A stretch of 5,492 nt of DNA from the NCBI RefSeq assembly GCF_006345805.1, contig NW_021830019.1:1-5492 (forward strand). Direction: 5' to 3'. Origin of the DNA: Octopus sinensis. Lineage: Eukaryota. A program made the position numbers and the translations under genes. Positions within the stretch are counted from its first letter, which is position 1. Every line of letters begins with the position of its first letter. Under the pieces are notes generated by a model. It was given only the letters and a program-made list of their open reading frames with translations, had not been told where the DNA came from and searched no databases. Below are positions 1 through 5,492 of the stretch, in pieces.

Positions 1-1
1 C

Positions 2-371
2 AATATAGACATGATGAAGCACAGCCTCCCTTGGAGTCGTGACCGCTGCATCACATCGTCCTCCGAAGGTTATGCATTTGCAATCCAAGAACAGGAGATT
101 TTTACGAAAAAAGAAAAGACAGTGAAGCCATTGGAACCCTAAGATAGAATCGAAACTGTAAATCATGTCTTACTTCTTTGGGGGACATCACACATGTGAT
201 TAGCAGCTGCCCAAAAATGTCACCAAGGTACTACTTCCCTACTGAGGCACGATGTTATCACGAAAACAATATACAATGCCATTCGAGACGGGGCGGGGGA
301 GGCTGTCCTGGAATAAATCTAAAGAATCCTCTCCAACTGAATACATATAAAACAGCAACACAAAGAATATT
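2..371 (+). pseudogene. Decayed non-LTR retrotransposon ORF, 5' part (post-RT region and CCHC zinc knuckle; R4/Dong-like RLE clade)
   Basis: Frame from 2 reads NIDMMKHSLPWSRDRCITSSSEGYAFAIQEQEIFTK. Frame 178 reads GDITHVISSCPKMSPRYYF, then a frameshift gives LLRHDVITKTIYNAIR, and the segment ends HKEY. EG..AIQEQEI, H.ISSC and RHD are motifs of RLE-encoding LINEs. Stops and frameshifts are present. Confidence 0.8.
360..371 (+). repeat. Target-site duplication, left copy (ACAAAGAATATT)
   Basis: Matches 811-822 (ATAAAGAATATT) at 11/12, with AAAGAATATT exact at 362-371 and 813-822. Collapsing the two copies restores the LINE reading frame. Confidence 0.9.
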
Positions 372-427
372 AGAAAATTACTATTTTTAAATCTCACAAC
401 GAGAGATATTCAGCAACATTACTTTGG

Positions 428-810
428 AGTAAAAATTGTTTGCCAACATAACATGGCAGTCCTGGTTTAGGATGAATGTTGCTGTAATTTAGCACCAGGA
501 GACATAATTTTCTAATTTATTGATCAGTAACTAGTTGTCACTTTGAAAACTATATATTTCGAACAGGAATTTGGCAGCGCCACCTCTAGCCGAACAATTA
601 TTCTGTGCTGATGAAGGGAAATAACCCGGAAATCGCGATACACAGATATTGTTTCGAGCTGAGTGGGGGTGCTAGATTCCATTGTTCGAAAATATAAGGA
701 CGCAGATCGTGTCGTATAGCCAGCTGGAGACGATGTCTCCTGGGGCTAAATTACAGCAACATTCGTCCTAAACCAGGACTGTCGTGTTATGTTGGCAAAC
801 AATCTTTACT
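428..810. repeat. 78-bp inverted repeat, arms 428-505 and 733-810
   Basis: By manual alignment the reverse complement of 733-810 matches 428-505 at 73/78 positions, with no gaps. Confidence 0.95.
603..645 (+). ncRNA. Type I hammerhead ribozyme HHR1 (predicted cleavage after AUA, A640)
   Basis: Stem I CTGTG 603-607 / CACAG 641-645. Core CTGATGA 608-614. Stem II GGG 616-618 / CCC 625-627 with an AAATAA loop. GAAA 629-632. Palindromic stem III ATCGCGAT 632-639. Non-canonical: A615 and G628 flank stem II. Confidence 0.75.
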
Positions 811-822
811 ATAAAGAATATT
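811..822 (+). repeat. Target-site duplication, right copy
   Basis: See 360-371. Confidence 0.9.
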
Positions 823-1210
823 GGTGGAACATTCTCATGAAAATATCTGGCAGGTACGAATACAATAAACCAGATATCGTTGTGTGGGACGCACAAAAAG
901 AAATCTACGTAACATTACAGAGATCAGTTGCCCTGCTGATGTGCATATCTCTTTGAATAATCAAAGCGAAATAGGATAACTACGGATAACTGCTTGGAAA
1001 CCGCCAGCTCCTATATCCAGACTATAAATTCCCATTTATACGAATAATAATTGAAGCGTTTGGTTTTGTGAGTAAATGCCTAAGTGATGAGCTGGATAAG
1101 CCAGGGTTTCTAGAAACAGAAAACAACCAACTAGCCCGCACATTGCAAATGCCATCCTTAAATATGGAACAGTAAAAATATGCGAGACTTTTCTCAAGTT
1201 TAAAATTTGA
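813..1210 (+). pseudogene. Decayed non-LTR retrotransposon ORF, 3' part (PD-(D/E)xK restriction-like endonuclease and C-terminus)
   Basis: 813 frame: KEYWWNILMKISGRYEYNKPDIVVWD. After a shift: ITEISCPADVHISL. After another: IKAK*DNYG*LLGNRQLLYPDYKFPFIRIIIEAFGFVSKCL. After a final shift: GTVKICETFLKFKI* (TGA 1208-1210). PDIV / EISCP.D / K..Y / IIG(E)A(L/F)G match R4/Dong-type endonucleases. It joins the 5' part as HKEY|WWNI once 372-822 is removed. Confidence 0.85.
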
Positions 1211-1250
1211 CATTGTTTTTGTTATCCACATTGTAAAACACACACACACA

Positions 1251-1455
1251 CGTTCTCGCCATGTTGGATCGTTGAGCTCTACATTTTTTCTCTCTCCGGT
1301 TTTATTTCATTCTCTCTCTGTTTATTTCCTCTTATTTCTTTCTGACGAAGTGCTTCGGCTCGAAACGTAAAAGACTTTTCCATTCTTCTCGAGCGCCAAA
1401 CTAAATGTTGTTTCTACACCTGTCTTCGTCTTTTGTTTTCCTATAAATTTGTACT
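1251..1455 (+). mobile_element. Penelope-like element pseudo-LTR fragment
   Basis: Pyrimidine-rich segment carrying a minimal type I HHR and ending in a TATATATA run. Minimal HHRs with a palindromic stem III are typical of Penelope-like pLTRs. Boundaries are approximate. Confidence 0.55.
1337..1374 (+). ncRNA. Minimal type I hammerhead ribozyme HHR2 (predicted cleavage after GUA, A1369)
   Basis: Stem I TCTTT 1337-1341 / AAAGA 1370-1374. CTGACGA 1342-1348, extra A1349. Stem II GTGC/GCTC (one U-U mismatch) closed by a C(UUCG)G tetraloop 1353-1358. GAAAC 1362-1366, GTA 1367-1369. Confidence 0.75.
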
Positions 1456-1519
1456 ATATATAAACTGAGGGTTTCAAGAAACCTACATTGCCAGAATTAA
1501 TAGCTAAATGCTCCAATGC

Positions 1520-1916
1520 TGTAGGATTAGAGCATTTTATGAAGTTTCTTCGCAAGTATATAGATTCGGGTTCAGTTCCACGGCGTGGCACCTTAAGCAA
1601 GTGTCTTCTACTATAAATCCAGGCTGACCGAAGCTTTGTGAGTAGACGGAAACTGAAAGAAGCCCGTCATACACACATACACACACAGATACATATACAT
1701 GTGTGTGTGACTGGGTGGGTATCTGTGTGTCTGTATTTTTCTCCACTACCGCTTGACAGCCGGTGTTGGTGTGTTTACGTCAGCAGTTCGTCAAAAATAT
1801 CTATAAAAAGCTTTAAAAATAAAAAAATAAAAGTACTCTGGTTGATTCGTTCGACTAAACGCTTCAAGGTGATGCTCCAGCATGTTTGCAGTCTGATGAC
1901 TGGAGCGAATAAAAGA
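1520..1916 (+). mobile_element. Diverged tRNA-derived SINE, family 1 (copy A)
   Basis: Homologous to 3597-4000: GGGTTCAGT..CAC..CGTGGCACCTT..GCAAGTGTCTTCTACTATA, GTAGACGGAAACTGAAAGAAGCCCGTC, an AC/TG linker, GGTGTGTTTACGTC, TCGACTAAA..GGTG(A)TGCTCCAGCATG. The 5' head is degenerate, so the start is approximate. Confidence 0.75.
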
Positions 1917-1934
1917 TTATATATATATATATAT

Positions 1935-2300
1935 GGAATGGAAGCACTCCGTCGGTTACGACGATGGGGGTTCCGGTTGATCCAAATCAACGGAACAGCC
2001 TGCTCGTGAAATTAACGTGTAAGTGGCTGAGCACTCCACAGACACGTGTACCCTTAACGTAGTTCTCGGGGACATTCAGCGTGACACAGAGAGTGTCAAG
2101 TCCTGGCCCTTGAAATACAGTACAACAGAAACAGGAAGTAAGATAAAGTTGTGGTGAAAGAGTACAGCAGGGATCACCACCATCCCCTGCCGGAGCCTCG
2201 TGGAGCTTTAGGTTTTTCGCTCAATAAACACTCACAACGCCCGTCTGGGAATCGAAACCGCGAGTCTGCTGCCCTAACCACTGGGCCATTGCGCCTCCAC
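1935..2300 (-). mobile_element. tRNA-derived SINE, family 2
   Basis: The minus strand begins GTGGAGGCGCAATGGCCCAGTGGTTAGGGCAGC. A box TGGCCCAGTGG at 2288-2278 and B box GGTTTCGATTCC at 2259-2248, followed by a ~310-nt non-tRNA body whose tail abuts the (TA)n run at ~1918-1934. Confidence 0.75.
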
Positions 2301-2310
2301 ATATCTATAT

Positions 2311-2351
2311 AAATGACTGAACAAGTAAAAGAGTAAAAAGAGTATGCAAAT
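2311..2351 (+). mobile_element. Orphan 3' tail of a family-1 SINE
   Basis: AAATGACTGAACAAGTAAAAGAGTAAAAAGAGTATGCAAAT is nearly identical to 3967-4009. Confidence 0.7.
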
Positions 2352-2357
2352 TTTTTC

Positions 2358-2366
2358 TATATATAT

Positions 2367-2400
<34 letters not shown>

Positions 2401-2447
2401 ATATATATATAATTATATATATATTATATATATATATATAATATATA
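2358..2447. repeat. Imperfect (TA)n microsatellite
   Basis: Seen directly. Confidence 0.95.
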
Positions 2448-2610
2448 GGCGCAGGAGTAGCTGAGTGGTAAGTACCTTGCTTACCAACCACATGGTTCCA
2501 GCTTCAGTCCCACTGCGTGGCACCTTGGGCATGTGTCTTCTACTATAGCCTCGCCAAAGCCTTGTGAGTGAATCTGGTAGACGGAGGTCGAAAGAAGCCC
2601 GTCGTATATA
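2448..2610 (+). mobile_element. tRNA-derived SINE family 1, 5' half (copy C)
   Basis: Begins GGCGCAGGAGTAGCTGAGTGGTAAG. A box TAGCTGAGTGG 2458-2468, B-box-like GCTTCAGTCC 2501-2510. Collinear with 3597-3760 and stops at GAAAGAAGCCCGTCGTATATA. Confidence 0.85.
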
Positions 2611-2766
2611 TCTTATACGTATATAAAAGTAAGTTGTCTGTTTGTCTGTTTGTGTCAAGTTGCCGTCTACACTCATTAACCAATTTTCGTGAAACTTTGC
2701 AAACATGCTAAAGTAGCATCCAGTTTGTTACTAGGCTCATTGAACTATAATAAAAATCTATAACTG

Positions 2767-3060
2767 GATGGCTAGGGCCCCTAGAAGGGATCCACATATA
2801 TAACCATTGCCCTAAAAGTGAAATAACCCATTCATTGTCATATAATAAATGAAAAAATGTATAATTTATTAAACAAGCATTTTACATTACGTGAACTTTC
2901 TTACAAGAAATTGTCAGACAAGGTCAGTGATTTTATTTGGTTTAAACATACTCAGATTGTTGAAAAGATCGATGATAGGGCCCCTGGAAGGGAACCTTAT
3001 ATATAACTGATATATTTTATTGTAACAGCCAATGGAAATAACCCATTCATTTTCTTATAT
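2767..3060 (+). repeat. Diverged direct repeat, units ~2767-2843 and ~2971-3060
   Basis: TAGGGCCCCT(A/G)GAAGGGA occurs in both units. GAAATAACCCATTCATT is identical at 2820-2836 and 3035-3051. Confidence 0.85.
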
Positions 3061-3296
3061 TATTTGGTATAAATCAAGTTGAGTATGTTTATTTCTTAGT
3101 ATTTGAACCGTTGGAGTTATTTTCGCAATTTATCCAGTACAACCCTTAAACAAGTAAATACTATTTTCCTAAACAATAAATCCACTTATTTCGGTTAGTG
3201 ACTTATTCACGAATATACCATGAATGACGATACCTTTCGTGTCACTTCAGCCAATTGACAAGCGCTGCATGAAGAACTGTTCTGCTTTTAGACAAA

Positions 3297-3537
3297 TGCA
3301 CTGTCATCACAAAGATCACACCCTGTTTACATGTAGGAACACCTTTTTGATTTATATTGATAGATATGTTAATGTTTTGTAACGATTTACTCTACGTAAC
3401 AACCAACCACAAAAGCAGGCAGAAATCGCGATTTGCCTATCAATAACATTGCAATCTGCACTGTATACATACAGTTCACACGTTGTTTATACGTAGGAAC
3501 ATTTTCTCAATTCATATTAATAGCTGTGTTGGTGTTT
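3297..3537 (+). repeat. Diverged direct repeat, period 160 (3297-3377 vs 3457-3537)
   Basis: Ungapped manual alignment gives 60/81 identities, anchored by TGCACTGT and GTAGGAACA. Confidence 0.85.
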
Positions 3538-3596
3538 ACGTAAGTGTTGTAAATGTATGGATAATCTACATGTTATTTTATTTTAAAAATCTATAT

Positions 3597-4000
3597 GCAG
3601 GAGTGGCTGTGTGGTAAGTTGCTTGCTTACCAACTACATGGTTCCGGGTTCAGTCCCACTGTGTGGCACCTTGGGCAAGCGTCTTCTACTATAGCCACGG
3701 GCCGACCAAAGCCTTGTGAGTGGATTTGGTAGACGGAAACTGAAAGAAGCCCGTCGTATATATGTATTTATATGTATGTGTGTGTATGTTTGTGTGTCTG
3801 TGTTTGTCCCCCTGGCATTGCTTGACAACCGATGCTGGTGTGTTTACGTCGCCGTCACTTAGCGGTTCGGCAAAAGAGACCGATAGAATAAGTACTGGGC
3901 TTACAAAGAATAAGTCCCGGGGTCGATTTGCTCGACTAAAGGCGGTGCTCCAGCATGGCCACAGTCAAATGACTGAAACAAGTAAAAGAGTAAAAGGGAG
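3597..4000 (+). mobile_element. Near full-length tRNA-derived SINE, family 1 (copy D)
   Basis: A box TGGCTGTGTGG 3604-3614, B box GGTTCAGTCC 3647-3656, 5' body, a (TA)/(TG) linker at ~3757-3805, and a 3' body ending GTCAAATGACTGAAACAAGTAAAAGAGTAAAAG. Confidence 0.9.
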
Positions 4001-4140
4001 TATGCAAATTTATTTGTATGTCTACCGTAAAACTAAATGTCAGTCTCTTTCTACATTTATTGTAAATCTATTTCAACACTAGCGCCCCTGGGGGTAATAT
4101 TCTCTGGGAACGCACAAAAGCCCTTTTCAGTGTAATTTAC

Positions 4141-4184
4141 CTTGAATTGTTATTATCTCATATCTGAGATAATAACAATTCAAG
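4141..4184. repeat. Perfect palindrome, 20-bp arms with a 4-nt spacer
   Basis: CTTGAATTGTTATTATCTCA (4141-4160), TATC, TGAGATAATAACAATTCAAG (4165-4184). Confidence 0.97.
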
Positions 4185-4345
4185 ATCCTTGGATCTTTCC
4201 TTTCCCTATGTTTCTGACGAAGAGCTCCGCTCGAAACGTTAAATCCTCCTTTCTTTCTTTCCTTTCCTGAGCATCCGATAACACTAGACTTGTTCCACGT
4301 TCTCGCGTTGTTGTGTTTTCTCTTTGTTCATGTTTGGAGGATTAC
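4165..4345 (+). mobile_element. Penelope-like element pseudo-LTR fragment
   Basis: Pyrimidine-rich, contains a minimal HHR, has weak similarity downstream of the HHR to 1375-1410 (GAGC..C..A..ACTA), and ends at a (TA)n run. Confidence 0.55.
4210..4244 (+). ncRNA. Minimal type I hammerhead ribozyme HHR3 (predicted cleavage after GUU, U4240)
   Basis: CTGACGA 4214-4220, extra A4221. Stem II GAGC 4222-4225 / GCTC 4229-4232. GAAAC 4233-4237, GTT 4238-4240. Short stem I GTTT/AAAT (3 Watson-Crick pairs plus one G-U). Confidence 0.6.
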
Positions 4346-4421
<76 letters not shown>

Positions 4422-4426
4422 TTATA

Positions 4427-4499
<73 letters not shown>

Positions 4500-4530
4500 T
4501 GTGTGTTGTGTGTGTGTGGTGTGTGTGTGT
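4346..4530. repeat. Compound microsatellite (TA)n 4346-4460 then (TG)n 4460-4530
   Basis: Seen directly. Confidence 0.95.
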
Positions 4531-4698
4531 ATGTTTGTGTGCTGGTGTGTTAACGTCACCGTAACTTAGCGGTTTGGCAAAAGCAACCGATACAATTAGT
4601 ACTAAGCTTACAAAGCCTGGGATCAATTTGCTCGACTAAAGGCGGTGCTCCAGCATGGCTGCAGTCAAATGACTGAAACAAATAAAAGAACAAAAGAA
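4531..4698 (+). mobile_element. tRNA-derived SINE family 1, 3' half (copy E)
   Basis: 4626-4659 is identical to 3926-3959 (34 bp). Ends CAGTCAAATGACTGAAACAAATAAAAGAACAAAAGAA followed by a TA run. Confidence 0.85.
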
Positions 4699-5019
4699 TA
4701 TATATATATATCTGTAAATGTAATATGTGACAATTATTCGGTAGCCATGATAAAACTCCGAGAGATTTCGCTGCTATTTCTAGCAATTCAAGCGACCACG
4801 TATTACGATTCTTCGTTGTCTCCCCTTGTTGTTGTTGTTGTTATGATGTTGTTACAATCGCTTTTGATGTCCTTAACTGTTGTCACTGCCGTCCAACATC
4901 ATCCACCCGGACCTCCAGTCGCTCTCCTCTCCCTGCCACCCATAACCAATGTGTATCCAACAACGCCTCTCTTACGTTCCGCTCTCAATTGTTGCCGTCA
5001 CCGGCCGAAACAATGACCA

Positions 5020-5155
5020 CACGTGGAGGGTTAATGGCGGAAATCACTTCCGGTGTGTTGTCGCTATTATTAATGTGTGTAGGGGGTAGGTGGGTGGTAT
5101 GTGTGTGCGCGTGTGTTCAGTGTTGATGCGATTCGCCAAGATGGACACACGTGAC
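5020..5155. promoter_or_regulatory. Candidate promoter/enhancer motif cluster (E-box, ETS, YY1-like)
   Basis: CACGTG 5020-5025; AATGGCGG 5033-5040; CACTTCCGGT 5045-5054 (ACCGGAAGTG on the minus strand); GCCAAGATGG 5135-5144; CACGTGAC 5148-5155. Motif presence only. Confidence 0.3.
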
Positions 5156-5225
5156 CAACTGATGTTTTATGACTTATATTTTGAACAGCAGGAATATTTT
5201 CCACTGAAATTTATATATACGGCAG

Positions 5226-5295
<70 letters not shown>
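5226..5295. repeat. (TCTA)17 / GATA tetranucleotide microsatellite
   Basis: 17 perfect units from 5226, plus TC. Confidence 0.97.
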
Positions 5296-5299
5296 AACA

Positions 5300-5458
5300 T
5301 CTCTCTCTCTCTGTCTCTGTCTCTGTCTTTCTGTCTGTCTATCTATCTGTCTGTCTCTCTTTCTCTCTATCTATCTATCTACATCTCTCTCTCTCTTTTT
5401 ATCTCCCTATCTGTTTGTCTCTCTATCTGACTGTCTGTCTATCTGTCTGTTTGTCTCT

Positions 5459-5490
<32 letters not shown>

Positions 5491-5492
5491 CT
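5300..5492. repeat. CT/CTGT/CTAT low-complexity polypyrimidine tract
   Basis: Seen directly. Confidence 0.9.

Larger units (their letters stand above)
372..810 (+). mobile_element. Non-autonomous hammerhead-containing retroelement (retrozyme-like or Penelope pLTR-derived) with 5' inversion
   Basis: Bounded by a TSD and contains an HHR core at 603-645. 372-505 is inverted relative to 505-810. It has no ORF and no poly(A) tail. Confidence 0.75.
2611..3596 (+). mobile_element. Possible non-autonomous Helitron-like element (3' end not found)
   Basis: Starts A|TC..TATATAAAA followed by a (GTCT/GTTT)n stretch and CCAATTTTCGTGAAACTTTGC, the kind of 5' end seen in invertebrate non-autonomous Helitrons. 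It has internal diverged tandem duplications. No terminal hairpin plus CTAG|T was found. Confidence 0.35.

Noticed and set aside
178-390. 70-aa ORF as a real gene
   Set aside because: It is a TTG-started piece of the LINE pseudogene that drifts out of the conserved frame after RYYF and runs into the insertion.
428-810. 78-bp inverted repeats read as MITE/DNA transposon TIRs
   Set aside because: The left arm lies 56 bp inside the TSD boundary while the right arm is flush with it. The 12-nt junction duplication is better explained by a retrotransposition inversion.
1893-1899. CTGATGA as a fourth hammerhead core
   Set aside because: It lies in the SINE tail hairpin CAGTC-TGAT-GACTG (variant of CAGTCAAATGACTG) with no stem II or GAAA downstream.
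3034-3432. Two 11-mers identical to parts of HHR1 (GGAAATAACCC 3034-3044 and GAAATCGCGAT 3422-3432)
   Set aside because: They are ~380 bp apart, have no CTGANGA partner and no flanking homology. Probably chance in AT-rich DNA.
2448-3660. tRNA genes at the SINE heads
   Set aside because: A/B boxes are present but there is no complete cloverleaf, and the heads continue into repeated SINE bodies.
1337-4244. HHR2 and HHR3 forming a cleaving heterodimer through their shared ACGT stem III
   Set aside because: Swapped stem I would have only about 3 contiguous U-A pairs, and the two are 2.9 kb apart.
1249-4306. CACGTTCTCGC shared at 1249-1259 and 4296-4306, hinting at circular permutation between the HHR2 and HHR3 elements
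   Set aside because: Only 11 bp, partly within an (AC)n run, with no extended alignment visible.
1022-4786. The other supplied ORFs (1022-1249, 1537-1746, 1638-2009, 1775-1990, 2413-2706, 3634-3828, 3762-4082, 4324-4569, 4345-4626, 4556-4786)
   Set aside because: They are translations of SINEs, microsatellites (YI/THT/VCV runs) or the antisense strand of the LINE.
4645-5016. 123-aa ORF (MIKLREISLLFLAIQ... resembling a signal peptide)
   Set aside because: It starts inside a SINE, its valine run comes from a (GTT)n microsatellite, and it has no recognisable domain. Minus-strand frames are broken by stops. A BLASTP or RNA-seq hit would be needed.
1-5492. CRISPR array, rRNA or prokaryotic operon
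   Set aside because: No regularly spaced repeat-spacer structure, rRNA-like sequence or long ORFs. The window is typical eukaryotic repeat DNA.

Overview
Non-coding, repeat-dense metazoan DNA. It is most likely from an octopod cephalopod, inferred from recognising the SINE families rather than from a search. No intact protein-coding gene is supported. From 5' to 3': (i) 1-1210 is the decayed 3' end of a restriction-like-endonuclease (R4/Dong-type) non-LTR retrotransposon. (ii) That LINE is interrupted at 372-810 by a 439-bp insertion with a target-site duplication, a type I hammerhead ribozyme (HHR) at the tip of a long RNA stem, and a twin-priming-style 5' inversion. Undoing the inversion gives about 1.2 copies of a ~353-nt tandem or circular unit, as expected for a retrozyme or Penelope-pLTR-like element. 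(iii) Two more minimal HHRs lie in Penelope-like fragments (1337-1374, 4210-4244). (iv) Several tRNA-derived SINE copies or halves of two families are present, along with a possible non-autonomous Helitron-like segment, (TA)n/(TG)n/(TCTA)n microsatellites, and a small ETS/YY1/E-box motif cluster near 5020-5155. All supplied ORFs look spurious, apart from 178..390 overlapping the LINE remnant.
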